In this document: positions 1-11,340 of the stretch, in pieces
Layout: each line of letters opens with the position of its first letter
Numbering within the stretch: the first letter of the stretch is position 1
Assembly: GCA_020536535.1 (NCBI GenBank)
Contig: JAHLWZ010001008.1
Coordinates: forward strand, 1-29,747
Length of the DNA: 29,747 nt
Direction: 5' to 3'
Source: Pelomyxa schiedti
Lineage: Eukaryota > Protista > Evosea
Notes under the pieces: generated by a model
What the model saw: the letters and a program-made list of their open reading frames with translations, nothing else
Databases searched by the model: none
Told to the model about the DNA's origin: nothing
Made by a program: the position numbers and the translations under genes

Positions 1-99
1 ACCTTCCCGTTTTGTAAGTTTTTCTGGGAAGTCCTCGGAGGACAACCGCCAAAAAATGTTTGCCCCCAGCGTCCACTGTTGAGTCCGTAGCCCAATTTT

Positions 100-600
100 G
101 CCTAAAGTGGGGAATGGATATAAACCTCTATCACACTGCACTTACTTGTACTACAGGTCACCTTGCAACTCCCTCCCTTTGGAAGGGTGCGGGATTGCTC
201 CAGTGGATATATATGCATTCTGCGGAAGGATGCATATCTTCTGAGGAGGAGGGGGGAGGTGAACACCCTTTGTATTACACCCGTCATTCTAGTATTTTGC
301 ACCCTTTGGGGGGGGACGCACAAATACACAAGGTGGGTTGAGAGGGACGAACACACACTGTGGGGAAGGGTGTATGTTCGCCCTGCCTGTGCACCTCATG
401 GAGGGGTGCCACAGAGGCAGTGATGGGGGAGGGTGGGGGTTGGGGGTGGAGAGCAGCACCCTGTGGAGGGGTGTAGGCTCACCTTGCATGTGCACCCTTT
501 GGAAGGATGCACGTGGGGATGGGGATGTGGGTGGGGATATACACTCTGCGGAAGGGTGTATCATTCACACGCACCTGCCTGCATCCCTCCGCGCACATGC
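100..600. repeat. G-rich degenerate tandem-repeat block with recurring CTGCGGAAGGRTG and TGGARGGGTG units and runs of GGGG/GGGGG. It has G-quadruplex potential. The ORFs over it give Gly/Trp/Cys-rich low-complexity translations and are probably not coding.
   Basis: Direct reading. CTGCGGAAGGATGCAT occurs at ~219 and CTGCGGAAGGGTGTAT at ~546. TGGAAGGGTG is at ~179, TGGAGGGGTG at ~400 and ~464, and GGGGATGGGGATGTGGGTGGGGAT at ~515–540. Confidence 0.5.
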
Positions 601-1123
601 ACTCCTCCCTGGTTCTCCCTCGGCGGCTGGAAAGACCACAAAACTGTAGCATTTGTCTGGAGCAGATGTGGTCCAGACATTTCTGAATTTTCCCTTCACA
701 GGGTACAGATAACCAGTACCCTGTTGGTGCCAAAATAAAATAAAAAGTGTGAGTCCCAAACTTGGGTTTGTACAAGAACAGTGTACACTTTCTTGTTGGA
801 TTCTTGTCTCGAGTCATGCACACTGATGTGTGTGGTGGAAAATCACACCATTCCAGGGGGAGGTTGCCATACACATACTGAGGCTTGTGATGTTCCAGCC
901 CAGATACTGGCACTGTTATGAACCGGCACTGCAACGGTACGCTTCCCGAGGCCCATGTTGCACCCATCAACGTGAAGAACACGTAGGCAAGTCATGGTCA
1001 GCGGGTCCCACACATGCATGTTACCCGTGGAGTCGCAAGCAATGACCAGGTTCAGTGCGGGGCTGAGTTGTTCAATGGTTACTGACGGGTCATGTTTTAG
1101 TGTCTTGATTTCCTTTCAATGTG

Positions 1124-2400
1124 TTAGGGATGTATTACTTGAGGCGCAAGTATTACCGTTCCTGATATGTCATAAATAGTTATAAAACTCCCTCCGGCGA
1201 CCCAGTATTGGTCTCCTACTGATAGAAGTGCGGTTTTCCTTACGGGAGTTGTAGGTGGAGGAGCCTCCACTTTAGCGGTGTCTGGGTTGAGCTTTGCTAT
1301 TCCGGCAGAAGAAGCAAGCCATATGCTTTTGCCAAACTGTTCCATGGAGAGAACATCCCACTGAATATTGACTTTATGCTTGATCGAACCGTGCTGACAG
1401 GTTTTAGGATGCAAGTATTGAGCAATCGCAAGAACGTACTGTGCTTAGGATTGAAATTTGACAGCCAGGAGAGGGATTTGAGGCACAACTCCAGACTCTA
1501 GTGTGCGATGTTTCTACTGCACAAAATCTAGAGACTACCCTGAAACCTGGGTCATGGGCCACAACTCTTCTGAATTTAAATGTCTGGAAAGATCAGGGTC
1601 AGAGTTTTGAAAGTGTAATTACATTGATGTCGATGATATAGACAGAAGAATCAGAAGATCCAGCCCATACAACCCGCTTCTGGTGGAGAAGTGCATTAAT
1701 GTCAGTATGATGGAGCTGAAGCTGGGTCAATGACTTCAGTTCGTCAGCTTTCCATATCGATAACATACCACCACTTCCACCAACCTGTGTGAAAATGAGC
1801 ACTTGGCGGTGTTTTCATGACTTACCCATACACTGCTCCCCACTGCTGCTACACAACATATAGGAATGGGAGGGTTCGTTTGTAGTGTAGTAGGTGTAAG
1901 CTCACGAATGAATTGTGGCTGCTCTGTTGTCAAAAAGATAAGCAACATAGATTCTACCTACCCTGAGAGCACGCTGCCGCGGTTCTACAGATGAATCTGT
2001 TTCCCGAATTTCTGGACTTGACTTGGGTGGGTATGGGGGGGTCTGTGCTAGATTTAGCTGTTTGTAACATGTGCTATTTTAAAAAAGGGGGGTTGCAACA
2101 AGCATACACTAGGTTTCATGGGCAGCTGTGGTGATTGGTTAAATATATCAAGTACATTTGGGGCACTAGCGGCAGTTGTATGTTGATGATGGTGATAGTG
2201 CCGATGCTTTCTTCTGGACTGAGCGTCTGCAGGAATGGGATCTGAAGTTGGAGCATAGGCACTTGAAAGATTATAATCACCATTGGCACCATTTTTACTG
2301 CCGCCGGAGAGTGACAAACTTGGTGGAGTTGTATTGGGAGGTTCGTCCATACTGGTACTAGGTAGTACCTCAGTGGAAAGAGTAGAACCCACTGTTGTAG
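1124..2400 (-). CDS. Cluster of minus-strand exon-like ORFs of uncertain identity. One part is a Ser/Pro/Thr/His-rich low-complexity segment. The C-terminal ORFs look beta-propeller or WD-like (VWAGSSDSSVYIIDI; WVAGGSFITIYDISG). It may be the C-terminal part of the kinase gene immediately upstream on the same strand, or a separate gene.
   Basis: ORF track 2054..2392(-), 1736..1948(-), 1599..1802(-), 1124..1414(-). No family-defining motif recognised. The M at 2392 is a GTG artefact, not an ATG. Confidence 0.3.
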
Positions 2401-2879
2401 CTACAGTAGTAGCAGGTGCGGGACTGGGAGGAGTGACATCGTCCCGACTGGCTGTTGGTTGTGGGGGAGTGGCACCATTTCCAACGACATCCTGGAACGG
2501 GAATGAGAGAACTGCCGAAATTCTAAATGTTTACCTGGAGCCATGGATGCTCCAATAATATTGCGGCTGGTGGTCTATCAGTAGGGGTTTTTTGAAAGCA
2601 GCACATCAAGAAATTTTGAAGAGGCTTTTGTTGGGGGAAATATGAAATAGGGGTAAATCACTCTTGTGGACAATGCAATGAATACCTGAGAAGCGTTTGG
2701 TATTGGCATTGGACTTTGAACAATTTTGAACATAGCACTCATTGCATTGAATCTATTGTTTTCGGTAAGGTAAAAAGCAGAGTAAATGGTCTTACTTGAA
2801 ATAAGGAGGCTCTCCTGTAAGTAGCTCTACAATGGTACACCCCAGACTCCTAACAACATTAAACTCTCATTCATTACAA

Positions 2880-3754
2880 AGCATTTACCATATGTCTGAA
2901 AGAGTGTTATGTCCAGATTCAGTAATGACTTCTGGAGCCACTATAGATCCAGAATTGAGTTGAGTTATTTAGTGTCAGTGGACATACTCCAAAAAGGGGA
3001 ACCGACCACAGTGTAATGCTTTCCGCCGTCTTCTAATGCTGCAACGCCAAAATCAGAAAGTAAAACTTTGCCTTGGTTACTTAGTAACACCTACTAGCAC
3101 ATATAAATGAGAAATATTGATCAAGAAGGGGAAAAAAAAAAACATGCATTGGCAGCTTTTATATCTCGATGTATGACACCTTTCTCGTGTAGATATGCAA
3201 GAGCTTTTAGAATTTGAGCGACATACACAGCAATACTATGTTCAGGGAGATGGTTAAGCTCCTTGAGAAGCTTTAAAAGAGAGCCGTTTTGGGCGTACCT
3301 TGAAAATATTACCCAATAATAGGGGGAAAAAGGAGATTACTCTAAGAAAATGTATACGTGGGGAGGGCACTCCCAACTTCCCAATATCCGCACAATGTTA
3401 TCATGTTTCAGCACAGATAAGAGCTTGATTTCGTTCTTGAGAAAGTAAGATCAGAAACACAAAGTGACAAGCCAAGGGATGAATTTGCGTACATGGAAGG
3501 AAGCCAAAGAAGCTTTTGGAATTCCTTTCGTCTCTATTCTTTTAGCTGCCACGACTTCCCCAGTGGAAGCATTTTGTGCCTTGAACACTGACGCGTAATT
3601 TCCCTTGCCGATTTTCTCCCCGATAATCTGCCGCGATAAAAACACCGCAGAGTTTGCGTTTGCGTTACCGATAATAATAAACGCTAATGTTACGTACGAA
3701 TGTGCCGAACGATGTCGTCAAGATGCTAGTAGCGCCGCCACCGCCAGAGGCCAT
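2880..3754 (-). CDS. Ser/Thr protein kinase catalytic domain (Cdc15/Cdc7/MAP3K-epsilon-like, STE group), multi-exon. Inferred exons, given as plus-strand coordinates of the minus-strand gene: 3698–3754 (MASGGGGATSILTTSFGTF), 3493–3627 (IIGEKIGKGNYASVFKAQNASTGEVVAAKRIE…SFH), 3341–3435 (NEIKLLSVLKHDNIVRILGSWECPPHVYIFLE), ~3148–3298 (YAQNGSLLKLLKELNHLPEHSIAVYVAQILKALAYLHEKGVIHRDIKAAN), and ~2988–3071 (GKVLLSDFGVAALEDGGKHYTVVGSPFW). The C-terminal subdomains IX–XI and the tail continue below 2988. The real ATG is at 3754 (the ORF-track start at 3645 is GTG).
   Basis: GxGxxG loop IGEKIGKGNYASV, VAAK lysine, HRDIKAAN catalytic loop, DFG, GSPFW(MAPE). Intron donors GTACGT, GTACGC, GTAATC, GTATGT; acceptors CGGCAG, CTCAAG, TTCAAG, CCAAGG. 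Intron lengths are 70, 57 and 42 nt. Confidence 0.75.
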
Positions 3755-4057
3755 TTGTTTGTTTTTTCACTGGCCTTTTGCTTTTACCGAGAAAGGAGAT
3801 CCGTTTCGTGTTATTTTTGAAGATCTTGAGCATTTCCTCCCCTGAGGGATGCTCTGCTCCACCACGAACTACCATTGTGATTGGCACATCACTCCGGTTG
3901 TCGCGGTGAGAATCTCCCGAAAACTCAGAGAATCTGCCTGTTGATGGCAGATGCCAAAACCAAAAACACGACTCAATAAAAATAAGCTACAATTGTCAGG
4001 CGATCTCGCGTCCGGAACCGGGGGTGGTGTTTGTTGACTGCAGTGATTGAAAGAAAG

Positions 4058-7000
4058 ATGTCGTCGTCTGATCTGTGGCAGCAGGTACCTTGTTGTTGTG
4101 CGACCGTGGGTTTGGTTTTTTTTCTTTTTTTTTTCTTGTGCTGGAAAAAGACCTACAGTTGTTCTATTTTACCTAAATGCTTTTTTTACCTGTTGCAGGT
4201 ATTGAGTGCTGTTGGCGTTTTGTACAACGACAACACTCCCAAGGCACTTCATAGGCAAACAAACGAGTGACTTTTCCACCCTTTATCTCTTTTTTTTAAT
4301 CTCTAAATCCAACTAGCTGGCTTGAGGAGTTTCAAAGACTTCCACAAGCTTGGGAAATTGCTGATAAGCTGTTACGTGATTCGTCAGTTGGGTTAGCATC
4401 CTTCCTCTCTCTTTTTTTTTTAAAGAAAATTCCTTCCACAGGCTTCAAGCCCATTATATTGGTGCTATAACGCTGCACACAAAGATTAGGCGCGACTTAA
4501 TGGATCTACCATCAGATGCTTGTATTCAACTCAGAGATAGTCTCCTACAACACATGCTGAGGTGCTGTGAGTCATGACAGTCGCCATTCCTGAGTTTTGT
4601 GTTCACAAATAGGTTTAAAAAGGGGCCCAACTGGGTTTTATCCCGAATTTGTATGTCTATAGCGTCTTTGGCTTCACAGATATCAAATCTCTGGCCACAT
4701 CCAGTAAACCAGCTCTTGCAGGCTTTCGGTGTGAAGCTTTTTCTCAAGTACATATTTAATCTGGGTTGTGTGTAGGTAGCAACGCTGAAACTGTAGGAGT
4801 ACTTGTAGAACTTCTATCTGCAATTCCAGAGGAAGCAGCACGAAGTAGAGGGCATCTTCAAAGAGAAATTTCCCGCTCATTTGACGACATGTTGATTGAA
4901 TCGTGTTCTGGGGTGTTGCAATTTTTGAACCTCTGTGCTCACCATACAAACTCTGCAACCACAACTACTGGCTCTGGCACGGCAACACCAGGACAAGACA
5001 CAACTGCCAGCCCTGTACAAATATCTGTGGGTCTTAAGGAAGTATGGATCAAGTGCATAGTATTTTCTAGATAAACGACTTTCAATGCTCTCAGATCTTC
5101 CAATGTTATTTAAACTGGTTGCGGTTTGTAAAAATTCCGTACGATATTATCAACAACTTTCCCATGACATGGGCAGCCTGGGATGTAATCAAAGACACCA
5201 CACTGTTTTGTGTGTCCTCCCACTTTTTCCCATGTGCGCTAACTTGTATTATTAAGCCAGTGCAGTAGACCTAATATGTGGTAAATCTGTTCTTCTAATC
5301 TTTCACTTCTCAAGCCTTACAGAGATCGTGAGATTAAGTGGCTATCTTGTTCCACCCAGTGAAATGAAGTATGAATAAATTATTCTCCATGGTACTAAAT
5401 TGGTCAAGTCCAATGAGGCAAAAAGTGTTCACACTTTCTGCGCCATTGATATCGATGTATTCACCATTTAGACAATCTGGAAAATGTTAATAGCAACCAG
5501 GTACCTTCAAGCTGTACAAGCCCAGGACCCCGACTTGGCACATGGCCTGACAAGAATATTTGTTGAGGTTCTATTATCTTTAATCTGTTTTTACTTTGTT
5601 TTACTGATACGACCAACCTCTCAAGATTGGAGAGACATATAGCAACTTTATTGCACAGGTGTGCTATACTACTTCATTCCTGTTCCTTATGTATTCGGTT
5701 TAGGGATCTCCAGAAGTTCTTCCCATTGTAGGAGTTTTGCTTGAGTGTAGTGCGAACAATGATGAAGATATTTCTGGGATGACCTGGCAACATTGGCACT
5801 TACTATCCCGAGCTATTTGTTCTTTGGTGAGAACTACATTAGCCATTTACAACTGAAAGTTTCCTTTAGAGAAGTAAACAAGCACAGACCACACCACAAC
5901 AGCAACAGATATTTTCTGGTTGTTTCATGAAACTGATCCAACTTTTGATGCAACATATGATGCTTCCACCTAATTACGAAACACTCGCTTCTGAACGGCA
6001 AGAGGAAGTGAAGCACTACCGCAGGTAGAATTCATGACACGTCAGAAGAATCTCATTTTCATAGATATGAGCTTGCTCACTCCGCCAGAGACGGTTTGCA
6101 TTCCACTTTATGATGTACTTTTAACGACATAGGAAGCTGTTACTGTAATTACCTTCGACAGCACTATTGAGTCACTCTCTCAGGCTTTAACCGTGACCCT
6201 TGCGCATCATCAAACTTCCTCTGATTGGAGGCCCACTGAGGCTGTATTGTACATGCTGCGATCTGTGGCAAGGAACTGTGATATGAATTCATCCACCGGT
6301 ACCACATTATGCCAGGTTTCCTTCTTTCAACATTGTTACTTCTTAACCTGTGAGTAGCTCCTATTGCAATTGCCTACCCTTCCAAAAAAAGACTTTTTGC
6401 TCTACACGGCTATCATGTGTGTTGGGCGCTATTCCGATTTCATAGCCAAAAATCCGCAATTACTTTCAACCCTTTATTCCTTTGTCGTTAACAAGTGTGT
6501 GTCCTTTCCAAACCCGAAATAGTTCACATTATTTAGTTTTGGAAACAAAGAACTCGCAAGTGCCTGTGCTCTCTCTTTCAGACACCTCTGTGAGTCTGCA
6601 CCTGCAGTGGTGTATACTTCCGTTACATCAATTTTACAGTTATATGATGCTCATCAGCAACTTCCTCTCTCAAAGACCGATATGGAGGTTTCTTTCCTTT
6701 ATTATTCCGTTGTGCCTCTTCACTTCTAACCTCGTTGTGTTGGAAATAAGGAATTTTTTATGGGTGTTGGCTTCGTTGTGTCCACAGCCCCACCACCCGA
6801 TATTGACAACATCTTGACTCGATTGTATACTCCTGCAGTTTCAAATGTCCACGCATGTGTAGCAGCGTGTGCTACCGCTTCACACACTACTGCACCGACG
6901 GTGACTACTGTCGACAGCGCACAATCTATCCCCACTGCCACATCTCCAGATTCTATACTCGCGCTTTGCATATCCTTGCATAAACTAGGGTGTTTACTGC

Positions 7001-8109
7001 GTTATGTGAAACCTCAACCACTGGAGGGCCACCCCCTTCCCGGCTATCTTATATTTGAGAAGGTTCTACTGCATTAAATAAAAGTAACGATAAAAACAAC
7101 TACAGATTTGGCCACTTCTGGATTACCTCCTCGCACAGTTTGCTTCGTATGTTCAAATTATTGACAATGTATGTTCCTGCATAAGGAATGCTGTACATTC
7201 GTGCGGCACCAAAACTGCCCCATTGGTACACCAAATAGTGCACTCTGTGTGTTCCTCTTTCACAAAAAGCAAAAATTCTGCAAGTACTCGGTTTTCCCTA
7301 TTTGTAAGCAATCTTACACGAAACAGTTTTGTTCACTCTCAGCTTCATTATAAGTACCTTTGCCAAAGATTCCTCGGTGCAGTCACCACCAATTGCCGAT
7401 TTTATCTATAGCATTGGAGAATCATCAAGAATTGTCCTCACATCAATTCGTACCCCTGATGACTTTGCCAATCAACCAGGTCTGTCAGAGAAACTCTTCA
7501 TTTTGTGTGAATTACAGTTCTGGAACAGACGTCATACGAGAGTTCTGTGAACTTATCACGCAATTCCTTTATTACTATCCAGGAGTACTAGTTCCCTCTG
7601 ATCTCCTTCCACCATTGTTTGAGTGGGGCCTGCCCGGGTTCACCTTGTTTGAGCAACAAGCTTTCCAGGCACTCAAGTCAATGTACGAGAATCTTTTCCT
7701 TGCATGCCGGCCACCGCGGGGTTCTACCACTCCTTCGACTCTGGGTACTCACCTGAACACACTGCTGACAAATACACAGTCTCAGCTAGGAACGAGATTC
7801 GTTCAAGCAATGCTTGCTGGTGTTGCATGGCTACAGCCTTATGCCCGAGTATGTGAGGTCAGGGACCTGATACTGTCTGCGCGGAGATATGACTACAACT
7901 TATTCGCCCAAATGTGTGCCTCTGCTCTTACTGTGGGACTACCCAAGCCAGGCAGTGGTGCAAGTGCGGAGGTTGTCAGTGTGCCCAGTGTCATTACTGA
8001 GGCCTTTGTGCGGTCAATGAAAGTCTCGCCAGTGGAAAGCGCTAGTGAGGATGCGGAACATGTGTTGATTGCTTTGGAAGACTTCATACATTCCTGCCGT
8101 ACCCTGTGA
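4058..8109 (+). CDS. Importin-beta family nuclear transport receptor (importin-13/transportin-3-like), many exons. Exon 1 is 4058–4084 (MSSSDLWQQ). Exon 2 is 4199–4266 (VLSAVGVLYNDNTPKALHRQTN). Exon 3 is 4318–4391 (WLEEFQRLPQAWEIADKLLRDSSVG). Exon 4 starts at 4442 (LQAHYIGAITLHTKIRRDLMDLPSDACIQLRDSLLQHMLR). Further exons lie near 4766–5074, 5690–5830, 5880–6005, 6482–7077, with a terminal exon at 7360–8109 (stop at 8107–8109).
   Basis: N-terminal Importin_N-like conservation (AW..A..LL at ~4318–4391, then TL..KI..D..ELP…LRDSLL). The internal VLVELLSAIPEE and C-terminal HEAT-like segments match this family. Introns 1–3 are 114, 51 and 50 nt with GTACCT, GTGACT and GTTAGC donors. Confidence 0.65.
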
Positions 8110-8149
8110 TTTAAATAGACAACCAACACATAACACACTCTTCATCAAT

Positions 8150-8850
8150 TTTTTATTTTTTTATTTTCGACTGTGGAACTTTTGTTGTAGTTCAACAACC
8201 TCTCCCACCAGTGAGAGTGCGAATTGTAACTTTTCCGGCGTTGCAAATGAGAGGGATTCCATGGAATTGTACGCCGCACATGGAATCGGCATACATACCC
8301 TGTTGTAGGTGAGTTAGTAGCGTGGAACATTAAGACAGGGCACTTACATGGTAGACTTCCTCCACACTTTCATAAGGTACCAGTGCAGCCGGTGGTGCCA
8401 TGATGCAGCCGGGGAGTAAAAGCCTCTCGCCTAATGCAGCAGCGGCTGGAACATCTAGCAGTTCAAATACATCCTTGCCGTCTTGAAGAATTTCGATGCC
8501 TGTCAGCTTCCCGGAAGAAGTGACACCTGGTTTATTGAAGTGGTAAATTAGTGGGATTGTTACTTCTCCTATTATGGTCAACCTTTCACGGAGATGGGCT
8601 TAATATTACATGTTACTACAACAAGGCGATTCTTGCTTTGGGTTAGAGATGAGAGTGCAAGTGGTGGGGTAATACTCGTAGTTCCTCAATTGGAATATAT
8701 TCCACTATGGCACTTACAATTTGACGGCGAGGGAGAGATGGGCCCATATCAACATCCTCAACATACAATCTGCATGAGAAAACGGATTCAGTGTCAACTG
8801 TAAAAATAGAATCTCTTCAACTTGTCAGAGTTGGGAACGCGTCTAATTGA
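8150..8850 (-). CDS. Unresolved minus-strand exons. Reading down the strand they are ~8700–8779 (DTESVFSCRLYVEDVDMGPSLPRRQI, ending in donor GTAAGTGCC), 8345–8581 (TIIGEVTIPLIYHFNKPGVTSSGKLTGIEILQDGKDVFELLDVPAAAALGERLLLPGCIMAPPAALVPYESVEEVYH, again ending in GTAAGTGCC), and ~8215–8297 (GMYADSMCGVQFHGIPLICNAGKVTIRTLTGGRGC then stop). This is either a small separate gene or alternative 3' exons of the upstream NACHT-WD40 gene. No family recognised.
   Basis: ORF track 8330..8581(-). Strong acceptor TTTTTACAG at ~8780 and CTACAACAG at ~8298. I could not make the phase consistent across the first junction. Confidence 0.3.
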
Positions 8851-8900
8851 AACAATTTTTCCAATTCGGAGTTCTACTTCACTGAATTGAAGGATTGGGA

Positions 8901-11340
8901 CTAGATAATATTAATAGGTATGAGATGTGCATCAGTAGACATACTGTTTTTGAGGTTTTTAATTGCAACCCAATGTAAATTTCCAACGCAATCACCAGTA
9001 ACAGCAGGGAGAGGTTCGCCAGTCAGATATTCCTTGAATGGTTTGGTACACATAGTATTCATGCTAGATAGTGCCGTAGGAAGATAGAACGCGAGCAACT
9101 CCTTGCCAGCAAAAATATCCTGGGGGAGATGAGGCAACTTCTATCGGAAGGGCAAATACCCAAATTCTTATTGTCTTATCAGCTGCTGCTGACGCAACCA
9201 GACAAGGATTATCAGCGAAGAAACATACGGATGAAACTTCGTGTGTATGGCCCAACAGGGTTCGTAAATGTGAAAAGGAGGCTACATCCCATACGCGTAC
9301 AGTGTGATCCTCTCCGCAACTAACAATCATTCTGCCTTGGAAGTGAAGGTTTAGTTGAAGCTACATTGAGGATAGTTTACCATCAGGAGAAAATCTGCAT
9401 CCAAGGAGGCCGGCTGTGTGACCCTGCAATGTTGATAGGGTCTCCCCAGATTGCGAATTCCACACCTGTAATTCCTCAGAACAGGTCCAACAATCATAGA
9501 AGGTAAAACCTTCACAGTAGTGTCCTTTGATGCCGTTGCAATGAGGGTGCTCCCTGGAGACATATCGATTGAACTGATCCACCCTTTGTGTCCTTCTAGT
9601 ATTCCAACCTGTTGCCCTAAAAACCGTGTCATGAAGCACCTCTTTTATTTGGTGAGTAACCATTAGCAAGTAACCAAATTCTTGCAGAGCCATCTACACT
9701 GCCGGTTACCGCATACCTTGGAGATTTCAACTTCCATTAGAGAGCAAAGAGAAGATATACCTTCCATCATGTGAGATTGCACAGGAAAATACCGGTTGGG
9801 TGTGACCTTTTAGTGTTATAATCTCTTGTTTAGTCTGAAAGGGATTAAACTAAAAAAAAAAGGAGCAGTATTATTCACCTTGATTTCCCAGATCTTGGAA
9901 GTATTATCGCTAGAAGAGGAGATAAGTAAAGTCCCATCAGGATTGAGCGCAACGGCATTTACCTGAAATATATAAACGAAGAGAATAAATACTTCCTGAT
10001 TTTACCCGCTTTGGATGTCCCGAAAACACAGCCATTTCCTCACGGGAATCATTGAATAATTTGGCCAGCCTGTCCCAGGAACCTTGCACATATTACTGAA
10101 TAGTAGGGAACTCGATGCGCAGACCGCTGGCCAAAATGTGTGCCTTTGGTGAGTAGCATACAGATATGACCATCGCAGAGTGTTCACTTGTGGAACTGCG
10201 AGACGTGGCCGCCAAGGTCTCTGACACAGAATACAAACTTAAAACCAATGTCGGGATTATTGTATTGGGAAAAAGAAGGAAACCGCATGGCCATATCAGC
10301 AGAACCAGTTAGCATGTATTTAGAGTCTGGAGAAATTGCAACGCAGTTGATGAAATGAGAATGGCCCTCCACAGTAACCATTTCAGCCCCTTATAACATG
10401 AGTATTACTTTGTACAATAGTAAGATAGACCTGTGGTTATGTTCCATATTTTGGCTGTCTTATCAAAAGACCCAGTCAGCAAGTAACCTGCAGTGCAACA
10501 AGCGCAAGAGCTGACTCTGTCACAGATTAGGACTAAATGAAATTAGTGATAGCAGTGTACCTCTGTACATGTCCGGTTAATTCCTGAATGAAAGACCCAT
10601 CAACTCCCCATTTTGCAATAGTCCTATCTGTGGAGACAGTAAAGACAAACTTCTCGTGGAAGACACAGGCCTATGCTACAATTAAATAAAATAGATCCGG
10701 AGATTAACGAACCTGAACGGCCTTAGTGTGTCTTTTGAGTTCTATAGGTTTTGGATCTATCTTCACTTCACTCTTAGCTGACACCAGCTTCCATACCCGA
10801 GCAGATTTGTTGTTGGCTGTTGTAGCCAAAAGCCTAGTGTACACAATGAGTTGTAAGAATCAATGGTTGTGGAATACGTCTGGGTCTCATCAATGGCAAT
10901 TGATGTTATTTCGTCAGTGTGTGCAGAGAGGAAAGAGGTAGGTTGGACTTTTTGTGCTGAAGAAGGTGGCATATCTAGGTGATACACACAAACTCTACCA
11001 TCCGTATAGCCTACGAAAACAGCAGCGAAGCTTGAAGAGGGATGTAAAAAGGTTGTGCAACAACGTGCTTCTGTTTGATTTTCACTGGGGGGTGTTTAGA
11101 TAGGTACGGGTGAATGTACACATACCACATCAGAGTTGCCATAACACTGGAGGAGGGAACATGCCAACAAAGGGTATAGCCACAGTCATATGAAACAAAG
11201 AGGTATTTTGGGGTTACCCAAACACAACAATTGGCACTTCCACTGTCCATACCAGTACTGGCTGAGGCATTGAGGGTCTGAAGTTCAGTACAAGATGATG
11301 TTTTCCATATCTGGTATTTTGTTAATTTACTTTTTGTCAC
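8901..11340 (-). CDS. WD40 beta-propeller exons of the NLR: 11011–11340, 10763–10987, 10184–10381, 10002–10187, 9361–9693, 9351–9632, ~9160–9330 (CGEDHTVRVWDV…ADKTIRIW) and the terminal exon 9119–8901 (DIFAGKELL… then stop). The last intron is 40 nt (9120–9159, donor GTATTT, acceptor TCCCCCAG).
   Basis: Repeated GH…S/T…SPD…L.TGS.D….WD signatures: LEGHSHFINCVAISPDSKYMLTGSAD, LQGHTAGLLGCRFSPDGKL, LEGHKGWISSIDMSPGSTLIATASKDTTVKV. Confidence 0.8.

Noticed and set aside
60-982. Several overlapping ORFs (93–167 aa) over the G-rich repeat
   Set aside because: Their translations are Gly/Trp/Cys/Pro low-complexity strings produced by the repeat on both strands and in all frames. I see no splice context or conserved motif.
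2054-2392. Apparent N-myristoylation start MGSTLS at 2392
   Set aside because: The start codon there is GTG (an ORF-finder alternative start), not ATG, so the MG… N-terminus is not real.
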